Below are positions 25,850-37,607 of a stretch of DNA of 64,000 nucleotides, piece by piece. The position numbers and the translations under genes were made by a program. The notes under the pieces were generated by a model. It had not been told where the DNA came from. It worked only from the letters and a program-made list of their open reading frames with translations, and made no database searches. The DNA comes from Leidyana gryllorum EB-2025a (taxonomy: Eukaryota; Protista; Apicomplexa). Location of the stretch: positions 1,612,001 to 1,676,000 of the forward strand of contig JBLWGC010000230.1 of assembly GCA_048772705.1 (NCBI GenBank), written 5' to 3'. The stretch's first letter is position 1. Each line of letters opens with the position of its first letter.

Positions 25850-28298
25850 TCATTGTGGAGGAGCATTGGCAGTTGTAGCAGGTGTCACTATAGGCTTTTT
25901 CTGCAACAGTAACTGCCGATACTCTTCGAACTCGATGTTCAACTTGTGCATCGTGTGAGTGGTAGGCTCAACGTGATAGACTTCTTCAACCACGCAACTC
26001 AACAAGTGAGTGTCGTGACTGACCAGCACAACACCGCCTTCAAACTGGTTCAGTGCAGCGATGAGTGCCTGCACAGCGTCCAGATCCAAGTGGTTAGTGG
26101 GCTCATCGAGGACCAGAATGTGTGGTTCGCTGAAAGCCATAACTGCAATGGCCACACGACTCTTCTGTCCTCCAGACAGAATGAACAGAGGCTCCAATGC
26201 CAGCATTCCACTGATACCGAACTTGCCCAAGAAACTTCTCGCGGCCTCATCGGTCATCTTTGCTTCAGGGTACCGGGCCTGTAACTGCTGAACAGCATTT
26301 TTGGTCAGATCCAACCCGTCTATATGGTGCTGCGCAAAGTAACCAATCTTCAGTTTGTTGTGCCGGAAGACCATTCCCTCGCAAGGCTCCACATGACCCA
26401 TTAACAACTTGAGGAACGTGGATTTACCACTTCCGTTCACACCACAGACTGCCGCACGTGTGTTTAGGTCAGCAGAGAAGTCCACGTCTCTCAAGAGATA
26501 GTCTTTATCAGCCACCTTTTTCGCATCCCACGAGAACGAGGCCCCCTGCATCACCAACATGGGAGTGGGCAAAGCTTGCGGATTGGCAAACTTGAAGTGA
26601 AGGGTGGGGTCCTCGGTCACAGCCTCCAACATGGGCAGCTTCGATAACGCCTTGATACGGGACTGTACTAAAGCAGCCCGTTTAGCGTTGTAACGGAACT
26701 TGTCAATGAACTTTTGAGTGTGTGCCCGTTTCATCGCTTGGGCCTCGTACTCTCTCTGCTGCAACTTGAGCTTGTCAGCCTTGGCAGACTCAAAGGCGTC
26801 ATAATCACCCGGCCAGTAACCCAGTTTCTGCAAAGAAGAAGCATTTGAGTCGAAGAGCGCGACAAGAAGCGTGAGACCCGAAATTGTCGATTAGTCGACC
26901 AAGACGAAACGCCGAGGAGATCGATCGCACTCACACACACACTCTCTCCCTCCCTCACACACACACACACACACACACACAGAATTAATAAAGAAAACTC
27001 ACCCGATCGCGGAACTCCATGATGTCTGTACAGACATCGTTCAGGAAGTCTCTTGCGTGGGATACGATGATACACGTCTTTCCAGAGGTACGTAGGTATC
27101 CGGTGAGCCACGCCACAGCGTGTAGATCGAGGTGATTGGTGGGCTCATCAAGACAGAGAATGTCCGGGTCGGCGAAGAGCACTCTGGCGAGCATAACGCG
27201 CATTCGCCAACCTCCACTGAGCTCTTTGACTTTCTTTTCGCGGTACATTTCTTGTGACAGACCCAAACCGCTCAAGATTTGGGCGGCTTCAGGCTCAGCC
27301 ATGTCAGCTTCTATTTCCTCGAGACGAGCATAGAGCCATGTGAGTCGCTTGCCAACTTCCTCAGTTTGAGGTTGTTTGAGCAGTCTCTTTTCTTCGGCTC
27401 TGAGAGACTCGCGTTCCTCGTCGACTTTGAGGACGAGTTCCAGCGGCGTCAGGTTGTGATAGGTTTCTGGGAACTCCTGTTCCACACATCCAACGTTGAT
27501 ATCGGGGTCCACTCCCACAATCTCGCCCCGCACCAAAGCAGAGAGGAAAGTGGTTTTACCGATACCATTCCGTCCGACGAGACCGTATCGATGGCCGAGG
27601 ACGAGACGGAGAGAAGCGTCTTTGAGCAGCTCACGACCGGCCACAGCAACACTGAAGGCGGGGACAATGACGTCTTGCAGCTTGCGGAGTTGGACGTCTC
27701 CGTGTTTCTTTTGGGGCGCCGGGAGAGGCACTTTGCTCTTCTCCCATTGTCTCATCATTCGGAGCTGTTTCTCTCGTTTCTTCGCGACGGCTTTGGCCAA
27801 CTTCATTGACTCTCCGATGGGGATAAAGCTGTTAAAGTTGTTCTGAGTCTTCTGTAATCCCAAGAAGGGATCGTCGAAACCACCTCCAGCATTGGCCGCT
27901 GCCTCGGCCAACGCAGCGTCCTCTCCACCCACTTCCCCGTCCTTATCAGCCGCCCCCATATCGGCAGCGGGCTGACCCTTTTTGGTGATATATTGGTTGA
28001 TGAGGTCCTGGAGACACACGGGGTCCTCCATCCGCAGGTCTTTCAGGACAGTCTCTTCCTGGCTCAAGCCTGACTGGACACCAAAGGCTTTGCTGAGCAG
28101 CTGTTTGCAGAAGTCTAAGCCTTCTTGTTCCGATTGAATCACGCGAGCATCGTACAGAAACGGTCCCAATACTTCCAGCATACCCACCGGAGTCATCAAG
28201 TTGTCAGAGGGATCGACCATAGCGGCGATATACTCTGCGCTCTCCTCATCGATTTTCCCATTGCTAAGACTCCGAAGGCAGGCCGCGACCTGGGCCAT
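25850..28298 (-). CDS. ABCF3: ABC-F family ATPase (ABCF3/GCN20-like)
   Basis: Two ABC domains with no TM segments: GRNGIGKTT, LSGGWRMR, LDEPTNHLD; GVNGSGKST, LSGGQKSR, LDEPTNHLD. One intron 26828-27002. Confidence 0.92.
26933..26980 (+). repeat. (CA)n microsatellite inside the ABCF intron
   Basis: acacacacactctctccctccctcacacacacacacacacacacacac. Confidence 0.85.
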
Positions 28299-28324
28299 CT
28301 CGCCAAGACCTCAAATTTTCGACA
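28299..28324. promoter_or_regulatory. Putative minimal bidirectional promoter/initiator (ABCF3/PLPBP)
   Basis: Only 26 nt between divergent ATGs; contains AAATTTT. Confidence 0.45.
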
Positions 28325-29192
28325 ATGGCCTCCACAACAGCACAACGATATCACCAAGTCAAGGAGAGAATTAATGCCACATCAGCACTGTGCAATCGTG
28401 CCACACCTCCAAAGCTATGTGTAGTCACCAAACTCAAACCATTTGAGGCGATCTTGGAGGTTTATACTGAAGGCCATCGACTTTTTGGCGAGAATTATGT
28501 TGGGGAAATGGCTGAGAAAGCGCCCAAACTACCCCAAGATGTTGAATATGTCTTCATCGGCCACCTGCAATCCAACAAGGTCGCCAAACTAATCACCCAA
28601 GTACCCCAGTTGGTCCGTGTGGAAACTATAGATAGCGAGCATCTGGCAACCAAACTTAATCAAGGTGCGTTGCAAGGTGGAAACACCGTGTGTGTGTGTG
28701 TGTGTGAGAGACGCGACGTAGGCGACGTGAGCGAGCGAGTTCTCTATATTGAGGTTCTTCCTCTCTTCTCTGTGTGCCGCAATCACTTTCGTTCTATCAG
28801 CTGTTGGGAGTAATCGTCCAGATCGGCCACTGGAGGTCCTTGTGCAAGTGAATACAAGTTGCGAGGACACCAAGGCCGGTGTGAGTAGCGATGACTGGAC
28901 GCTGAGCGGGACACGCAAGATTGTCGAGCACCTACTGAAAGACTGTCCTAATCTGAGATGGATGGGTCTGATGACCATAGCTAGCCCTGACCCCCATCTT
29001 GCGGCGGAAGAATTCAAGAAGCTAAAGGAAAAGGGAGACGAGCTATTGGCTTCACTTGACGGTGTTGACGGACCAAAGCCGAGCTCTTTATTCTACTCCT
29101 TCGGGATGACAGATGATATGGAGGTGGCTATTGCAGCCGGGAGCTCACAACTGCGTGTGGGTACGGCCATAATGGGATCGCGCAATACTTAG
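28325..29192 (+). CDS. PLPBP: Pyridoxal-phosphate homeostasis protein (YggS/PROSC family)
   Basis: LCVVTKLKP (PLP lysine), FGENYVGE, FIGHLQSNK, VQVNTSCEDTKAG, GLMTI, SFGMTDDMEVAIAAGSSQLRVGTAIMG. Intron 28664-28800 carries a (GT)n repeat. Confidence 0.93.
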
Positions 29193-29941
29193 ACCACACA
29201 AACCATTGGTGGGTGAGACTGCCGCCAGTGAGTCCGGGCACAAATGACGGGCCTGGGAGCGGGGGGAGGAGGCGGATATCCGAACAGAGTGCCCCGAAGA
29301 GTGAAAATCAACGAGACAATGGCGGCTCCCGTAATCAAAACACCTCTGCGGCCCCATTTACCAACGACGCGGACAACTTTGACTCGTTTTCGGATTTTGT
29401 TTAGCTTGATGCCGAGCTGTATAGCCAGATACCACGGAGATACTGACTCAGCAACGGTAGAGCTGAAACGGAGCGTTTCCTTGATGGTAGTCAGGACAAG
29501 GAATGTCAACAAGACAGTTCTGGAGGTCTTTTGAGAAGGGAGAAAGCTCCATACCGCTGAAGCCTCCTCTACTTTAGTCTCATTCCTCGTGTTCAGAAAC
29601 TCTGTCCACGTCATCTCGCCACTGTTGGCGGGGGCTGGCTGCTGCTTCCTCTCCTCACCATTCAGATGAACGGTGGAGCCCACGTCCAAAGACGAAAGAT
29701 CTGATGATGTGTCGTCGCTGACTGACATCAGATCAGCGCAAGACGACAGATATGAGACATAGGATAAAGAGTCAACTGATACTGTGCTGATTGACGACGC
29801 TGACCAGTCGCTTTCGCTGTCGAGATCTCCAACAACACTGCAAGTGTCGTCCTCATTGGTGATAGATTCCGACTCATCACTCAAACTTTCGGTTTGAGAA
29901 GAAATCTGATCCCAACATAAATATGAGGACACCTCCCCCAT
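29189..29941 (-). CDS. Hypothetical membrane protein, Ser/Asp-rich N-terminus, 250 aa
   Basis: Uninterrupted ORF filling the gap between PLPBP and TTC4, with hydrophobic segments near the C-terminus. Confidence 0.55.
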   Translation of the reverse strand: MGEVSSYLCWDQISSQTESLSDESESITNEDDTCSVVGDLDSESDWSASSISTVSVDSLSYVSYLSSCADLMSVSDDTSSDLSSLDVGSTVHLNGEERKQQPAPANSGEMTWTEFLNTRNETKVEEASAVWSFLPSQKTSRTVLLTFLVLTTIKETLRFSSTVAESVSPWYLAIQLGIKLNKIRKRVKVVRVVGKWGRRGVLITGAAIVSLIFTLRGTLFGYPPPPPAPRPVICARTHWRQSHPPMVCVV

Positions 29942-30011
29942 GTCCTACCGAATCCGAAGCGGCAGCCATCACGCAATCACTCCATAAATCTTTTTTGCCT
30001 CTTTTTTCAGA

Positions 30012-31050
30012 ATGACTCAAGCAGCAGACAACTTCTGGGACCGTACAAACAATGGGATCCATCCCCTCTTCATGGACCAGCTCCCTGGTAAGCCAGCCCC
30101 CCACCCCAAAATGTCACTCCCCGATCTCAGCTGATCCTATGTCCGACCCAACTCTGGCCGGACTAATGGCGATTTCGCAAGAATCACTCCAATCTGCCGA
30201 AGATGCTCTCAAACACTGGAAAGCAGTCGGCAATGACCACTTCCGGGAAGCTCATATCAAAGGACGCTTGGAAAATGCCGTAGACGCTTATACACGAGGA
30301 CTCGAGGTCGAAGAAAGCGAAGACTTCAAAACTCTCAGAGCACAACTCTGGAGCAACAGGGCCAACTGCCAATATAAACTCAAGAAATATGTCAACTGTG
30401 TAGAGGACGCTCGCCACGCTATCGCCGAAGACCCCAGCTATGTCAAAGGCTACTTCCATGCGGCAAAAGCAAGTCTCACACTCCTTCTTTACAAGCAGTG
30501 TATCGACTTCTGCCAAGCCGCACAACAATCATGCGACAAAGAAGCAGCCAGCATTTTGGACGACATCAAATTCAAAGCTGAGGAAGGCTTAGCCAAAGTA
30601 CAGGCGAGCCGAGCGAAACAACTACAAGAACAGGATTCGGTACAACGCGAGCTAAGCACGAGAAAAATCAATTTCTCCCAAACCTCCGATTACAATCACC
30701 CGCAGTGCGCTCCTCCGGAATGGCACACGCCCAACGGCGAGCTGGTATGGTCCGCTCTCCTTCTCATCAAAGAATACGCCATCGCCGAAGTGGCTCGGGT
30801 TACAGACTCACTCGTCGTCGGAGAGCTGCTGGAAGAAATGTTTCCAACCACTGGATCCAGCGAACCTCCTGAGTGGGATGTAAGAAAGGACTACAAGGCT
30901 AATTCAATCGATGTTTGGGTACTAAAACCAGACGACACGAGAATAAAAGTATCGAAACTAATGTCGATTAGGGAAGTCGTCCAAAGAGTTGGGGTCATAC
31001 ATCAGCACCTCGTCTTCGAGTTGGAACTCGAGCACAACGCTTCCCGCTGA
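30012..31050 (+). CDS. TTC4: TPR Hsp70/Hsp90 co-chaperone Cns1/TTC4
   Basis: HPLFMDQLP N-terminal motif, intron ~30088-30130, TPR motifs KAVGNDHFRE, AVDAYTRGL, LWSNRANCQYKL; C-terminal wheel-like region (PPEWD). Confidence 0.85.
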
Positions 31051-31553
31051 ACTGCTCGGCGATCGTACATTATCGTGGCCAGTCTGCTCGCCAGCATTGG
31101 CAACATGTGCGTCAGGCCAAACAAGCAGGCAGCTCCCCACACAGACGCTCGCTGCGTGGTCCAGTACAGCTTTTGAGCCCGGCTGGAGCACTCCGACACC
31201 GGTCGACGGTACGGCAGTACCTCGCAAACAGCGGTCTCGAGCTGGAATCTTGGTGATTTCTTGACGGCCTCTCGCTGGCCACATCGACGGTGCGAAGTTG
31301 TAAAGATCGATTGCACCAGAAGGCAAAAGATCGCCGGCACTAGTCCTCCCAAGGCTCCCCAACACACGGACTGTACCACTTGGTTCGCCGGATGCGCACC
31401 ACGCACGAATAAGATGATGTAGCCGACGCTGATCGCTCCGAGCAAGACGCTACCTCGTAACACTGCGTCTGTGATAGCCGCACAACATTAAGAGAGAAGA
31501 TTTGAAATCAACTCACCCATCCACCGAGACTTGTTCATATTCTGTCGCCGCAT
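31002..31553 (-). CDS. Hypothetical small multi-pass membrane protein
   Basis: ATG 31553, phase-1 intron 31469-31516 joining to ORF 31002-31463, about three hydrophobic segments. Confidence 0.45.
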
Positions 31554-31554
31554 G

Positions 31555-33396
31555 TCAATTTCGACGCCGCCCCCCTCTGCGCCGATCTTTGACGTAGTCA
31601 TCTTCGTCCGATGAGAGTTCGGATCCCTCCTCACTCTCGTAGGACTTTCCACGCTGAACTCGTTTTTGCTTGACCACTGGACTGTAAACGGCACTCGTCG
31701 GCAGAGCCCGACGCTCTTCTTCATCCACCCGCTTCTGCAATCGCTCCCTCTTCTTCATATCCTTCACCGCCGTTCGCTTGTTATACGTTTGAGCTTGTGC
31801 CGCTTCCACCTCCTCCGGCGACGCAACCATTTCAGCTGGCTCCTCGATCGAGAAAGCCCGAGGGACGGGGAGCTGCTCACATGCCTTACTCCAATCTGCC
31901 AATGATCAACGTCTATCTGGATATGTATGAGTACCACTTACCGACATCGACCCAGATCTTTTTGAACGCTGCGCTCAGGTTGGATGTATTATTTGTTCTG
32001 TAATCGTCTTGCAGAGCCGCTAAACCCTGTGATAAGTACATCAATGAGAACACCCATCCATTATTTGACTCACCGAGCTTCCGAAGAAATGGAAATATAT
32101 ATTGAGATGCCAGAGCAAGTCGCGCTCTTCGGGATCCGGGACTTCCAACTTCATTTCCATCAACTCGTTGTTCAGAGTTTTGTAGTACATGGTTAAATTT
32201 CGAGCTTGACTACCGGTCAAGTGAGCCTGATCGGCGAGGCTGTTGTCCTCCACATTGATGGGAGGAGGGAGCTCCAGTAAGAACTCTTGCCAATATAATG
32301 GGAGGCCAGTGTAGGTCTTGGGGGCCGAGTGATCTCCATAGGGTACTGTGAGGCTGATCTTCATATTATTCGATCCCATACTCGCACTGACAAGCTCTCC
32401 TTTTTTGACGCGCAGCCTATTCTCCAGCGCCACTACGAACTCAGTGGGCTGAGGGACACAACATTGGACCATCTCGAAAAGGGATTGAGGGTCCAATAGA
32501 ACGTGGTAGACTCCATTGGCTTGGCTGATCCGACGAAGAAGTTGTACAAGCATAGGCTGACTAGGGAGGATCGGACCCATCAGAGCATTGTGGTGCCTCC
32601 CACCATCACGATCCTCCAGATGTCGCCTGGCCACCTCGGCATCAACATAGACATAGCGTCCTGACATCAACACCGACAACTCCAAAGTCTTCATGTCCGA
32701 TTGGCAAGGATGCGTGTAATATTCAAGATTCTGTCCCCCCGGAGCGCGAGACGCATATATCTGCAAGTTGTCAAAAGGATATAATTTGTCTGAAGCCAAG
32801 CGGCTTTGGTCCCTCTTCTTCAAGTCGCTGCCCTCATAGAGAACCCGCAAGGGTTGGTCGTACTCTCCTAGACCCTCAATCATCAAGACGTTCGCGAGAG
32901 CGCGTGCTTTGGGAGGTGGTGCCTGCCCACGTCGAGCGTGCTTCGTAAGAGCCTGTTTATGCTCTTCCACGGGTATGCTGTACCAATGTTGCAGCCCCTT
33001 GCAGAACAAAGGGGTATCTTTCCGATCATGTAGCTCAAAAAACACCTCCACGGTCTCATCCACACCTGTCGTTTCCCGATTGGGCCTCATGAATAATCCA
33101 ACAGTATTCTCCGAGTATTTGACACCCTTCACGAATTGTTTGGCATCCAGACTGCGCTTGGTGTATGTATTATCGCCTTCACGAACCAACAACTCTATGG
33201 CTGGGGGTTCTGCAATCCTGAATCTGAAGGTGAAAGGGGCCGGTTCGTGAGTACCAACCCGCAATCCCCCGTCGAACTCCCGCTTCTGCAAACAGGGATC
33301 ATCGCTGGTTCTAATGGTCTCCTCTTGCGTTTCCTCCCACACGAATGGCCATTTAGTTGGATCTAAATAGAAGACGTTCGCGATGAAATCCTTCAT
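31555..33396 (-). CDS. Hypothetical protein (~580 aa) with basic/acidic C-terminal tail
   Basis: 451-aa ORF spliced through exon GLAALQDDYRTNNTSNLSAAFKKIWVDV to the 31555-31902 ORF. Ends with SSDEDDYVKDRRRGGRRRN (NLS-like). Confidence 0.65.
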
Positions 33397-33529
33397 CTTG
33401 CATGCCCAACCCTACCATTTTTAGGTGGCACATCATATTGAATGCCTAAAGGGGCTCAGCACAGTAACCAACACCATCGGAAAGTGGCGCCAGTCGACGA
33501 ATAAAAGCATTCCGAAGTCAATAGGCCGT

Positions 33530-34024
33530 TCAGTTGTGCCAGGAGACCGCCGAAGATGTGTCTGACACGTTGTCTTCCACACGGCGCGGGAATAGTTTGC
33601 GCCAGAGCCGTTTGTGATAAGATGGTTTCTTGGGACCACTTAGACCACTTTGAGTCGAAGAAGTCACCGGAACACCACTATCGTATTCGCTGTCACTCCA
33701 GTCGATGCTGTTCTGGTGCGCATTATGATGATAAGCGAAAAAGTCTTGAATATCCTCAACAGCCCACTGGACACGTGTAGTAAAACGTTTCCACCTGAAT
33801 CGTGCTCTTTCACGCCAATCAGGCCTCTTTATATCGGTGTACGTAGTGCTCGACGTGTCATGCTCATCATCGCTGCCAGGTCCAATGTCTTCCCAATCGG
33901 GATCGTCATCTTCAGGCCTCCAAACACGCCTTTTCGTCACCACACAATTCTGTCCCGGGAAGGCGTACACTTCTTCGACGATTGTACAGGGCAAATCCGC
34001 AGGTAATATACGTCCTTGCGTCAT
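33530..34024 (-). CDS. Hypothetical protein (~164 aa)
   Basis: ATG 34024 (MTQGRILPADLP), intronless, divergent from the deacetylase gene. Confidence 0.5.
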   Translation of the reverse strand: MTQGRILPADLPCTIVEEVYAFPGQNCVVTKRRVWRPEDDDPDWEDIGPGSDDEHDTSSTTYTDIKRPDWRERARFRWKRFTTRVQWAVEDIQDFFAYHHNAHQNSIDWSDSEYDSGVPVTSSTQSGLSGPKKPSYHKRLWRKLFPRRVEDNVSDTSSAVSWHN

Positions 34025-34155
34025 TTTGACACGTAAGCGCGGGCTCGAGCGTGTTATGCAAACACCACACACTATTCAAACTTATGTCACAGACATAGGT
34101 GGCATGTGGGGGGTGAACACAATTTGTTCAAAAGTCATTAAGATAGTCCAAAAAG

Positions 34156-35577
34156 ATGGTCGTTCAACTGTATCACAACTGTCGAGTACTGCGCGGCGAC
34201 GATTTGGTTCGCGACGAGGTGTGGGTGGAAGATGGCTCGATTGTTTCAGCTGAATCTGTGCGTAATAAGCCGTATGACCGGATAAACTGCCATAATGGGA
34301 TTCTTAGCCCGGGCTTTATTGATATTCAGATCAATGGGGCTTATGGTGTTGACTTCACTGGCACCCGAGACATCAAACGCGCTTTGGCTCAATGTAGCAA
34401 ATTCATGCCGAAGGACGGCGTAACCGCCTACGTGCCCACGGTCATAACTTCGGCGCCTGAAACGTATCATCAGCGCGTGCCTCTAATCAAGTATACCCCA
34501 GGGGGGGCTCACGGAGCCACAGTCTTGGGGAGTCACCTAGAGGGGCCCTTCCTCTCCATGCAGAAGCGAGGATGTCACCCTCCCGAGTTAGTTCAAAAGT
34601 TCGATGGTACCGGAATGACCCAAATTCACAAAGTATATGGAGATGATCTGAGCCATGTGCTGATGGTGACTCTGGCACCCGAGCACGCGGGTTCAATGCC
34701 TGTCATTGAGGGCTTGAGTAGGTCTGGAATAATCGTTAGTCTGGGGCACAGTGAGGCGACATATGAGATTGGAGAGGAAGGGATTGCGCACGGAGCGTCG
34801 GCTTTGACCCATTTATTTTCCGCGATGAATGGTTTCGGCCATCGCGAGCCTGCACTGCCGGGTCTGATCTGTGGACGGACCACTCTGCCTGAGAAGAAGA
34901 CAAAGTTGCTGGGGATTATCAGTGAGTACAGAGCCAAGGACGCGGCTGCAAGACAGCAGCAGCGTCGCCCAAGCCTGACCACACCCCACACGCGTATGGC
35001 GAGTAATGTTTCGGATTACTGTCCGAGTGCTCTGCACTATGGGTTGATAGCTGATGGAGTCCATGTGCATCCAGCGTCACTCCGAATCGCCTATCGGATA
35101 AACAAGAGAGGACTTTGTCTAATCACCGACGCAATTGGCGCTTTGGGCCTGCCCGATGGCCAGTACAACATTGGAAATACCCAAGTCGAAGTGTTTGGAC
35201 GGCCTCGCAGAGCCGTCAAGAAGGGTGCAGACAATACATTGGCTGGTGTAGTGGCCAGTCTAATTGAGTGTGTTCGGTAAGCGTCGATTTGGTGCTGTGG
35301 GATTTGTTGTTTCAGGTACTTCCTTGAGGTCACTGGGTGTCCGATTGCGTACGCTCTCAACGCTGCTTCTCTGAATCCGGCAGAATGCTTGGGTATATCC
35401 AGCATCAAAGGTCATTTGGGTGTTGGTGCTGATGCCGACATGATTCTCCTGAATGACAAGTTGGAAGTACAGAAGACTTGGGTCGGTGGGGTTCTGGCGT
35501 ATGACAAAGAGACTTGGGGGAACCCTGAGATTGCTATAGAGTCGGTGGTGGACCCACATTTGGTGGAAGAGAGTTGA
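34156..35577 (+). CDS. nagA: N-acetylglucosamine-6-phosphate deacetylase (NagA/AMDHD2/DAC1)
   Basis: PGFIDIQINGAYGVDF, HLEGPFL, MVTLAPE, SLGHS, THLFSAM, GLIADGVHVHP, LITDA, TLAG, LNPA, GADAD. Intron 35277-35315. Confidence 0.95.
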
Positions 35578-35657
35578 GTTTCGCTGATGCCTTTTATGTC
35601 ATTGACCATCAACCGAACGAATGAACATGCAAGTAGCTCATCCAACACATTTGCAAC

Positions 35658-37495
35658 ATGGACCCTCTGCCCGATCCATTGGGAGATCGACAGATCAAAG
35701 AGGTTGATCCACCTCCAGCGCAGGTACATTCGGCTTACTCGTGCTTAACTCACTAACACCACATTCACAGCCCCTCTCACAAGAGTTATTATTCCCTAAT
35801 GGACTTGATGGGGATCCTGACTGGCGATGCCTTATCGAACATTTCAGACGAGAGGGACGTCTCGCCAAGGAACACTGTCTGCATCTGATTCGCAGAGTGG
35901 CAGCGATTACCAGTTGTGAACCTAATCTGCTTAGATTACAGGATCCTATCACAGGTGTGTGGTCATCAGTGTGTGTTGCTGGTGTTTCATGTCAACTCTA
36001 TAGTTGTGGGAGATATTCACGGACAGTTCTTCGATTTGGTCAAATTACTCGAAGTCGGCGGCAAGGCAGACAAAACACAGTATCTGTTCTTGGGAGACTA
36101 TGTGGACCGAGGCAGTTTCTCTGTCGAGGTCCTCTTAACTCTCTTTGCCCTGAAGCTATGTTTCAATCAGCGGGTTTGGCTGCTGAGAGGCAACCACGAG
36201 TGCCGTCAAATGACGGCCTTCTTCAACTTCCGTGATGAATGTAAGCCGATGTCATTCAGTACGTACTGACCTCAAATCCCTCCTCAGGCGAGTACAAGTA
36301 CGACATGGGCGTCTACAATTCCTTTATGGACTGCTTTGACACATTCAGTTTGTCAGCACTCGTCAACAACCGCTTCTTCGCAGTTCACGGCGGCTTATCT
36401 CCAGCGATGCCAAAGGTGAGCAGTACATCTTTGGGCAATCTCACAACAACATCATCAACTCTTTTTTCAGAAAGATGGAATCGGGAGCATCAACCGATTT
36501 CAGGAGCCTCCCAGATCAGGTCCCTTCTGTGATATCCTATGGGCAGATCCCGTGGATGAGGACAAGGAGGCTCAAGCGGCACACAGCGAGCCCTTTTTCC
36601 CCAATGACGTTCGAGGATGCTCCTACTTTTTCTCCTTCGCAGCCGCCAAGTCGTTTCTGGATGACAATCGTCTACTGAGTGTCATCAGAGCCCACGAGGC
36701 GCAACTGGAAGGGTACAAGATGCACAGAGCGCATCCCTCCAATCACTTCCCCACAGTGAGTTGTGTATTTGTGCACTTGACTTACGGCGGATTGACAGGT
36801 CATAACAATCTTCTCTGCTCCGAATTATTGCGATGTATACAACAACAAGGGAGCAGTACTCAAATTCGATGTGAGTAGAACAGCACGTCCCAGTAACACA
36901 GCTCTCTCTTGCAGAACAACACATTGAACATCCAGCAGTTCAATTTCAGTGCTCATCCGTATCATTTACCAAACTTTATCGACATCTTCATGTGGAGTCT
37001 CCCCTTCGTGGGCGAGAAAGGTGAGGGAGCACTTTCAGACACGGCTATCTCTTCCAAACAATCCTCTCAGTGGCAGAGATGGTTGCGTATATCTTACGTC
37101 CTTTGGAGGATGAACGAGAAGAAGAGATTGATGAGGACGTCAGCGACGTGGAACTGCCAGCTGAGCTGGCTTACTTTGTCACTGCCGCTCGCGTCCCGCC
37201 CCCTGAGACACGTCGGAGCCTATTTAGCCCGACTCGTGCTCGGGCGATGCAGCACAAGGTGTTGGCAGCAGGTCGGATGCTTCGGATTATGAACGTGCTG
37301 AGAAATAACAGAGAGCTTCTTGACGAGCTCAAGGCTGTTGCGCCTAACCACAAAATTCCCAGTGGCTCATTGATCAGAGGAATGTCAGGCATTAAGAAAG
37401 GTAAGAATATGAACAAGCATTGATCGAGTCATTATTTAATAACTTAAACAGAATTGTCGCGATGGCGGGAAAATCTGGCGATGACAGATAGTTGA
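35658..37495 (+). CDS. CNA: Calcineurin A (protein phosphatase 2B catalytic subunit)
   Basis: [78 protein letters not shown] and a calmodulin-binding helix. About 8 short introns. Confidence 0.95.
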
Positions 37496-37607
37496 GAGGG
37501 AAGACGGAGACAGAGAGAGGCAATCGTAATATCTTGTTGGCGCTCGACGCGCTATTCTTTGGGGGAAGGCGGCCTCGTCCACTCGCTTTATATGAATTTA
37601 GCCCATA

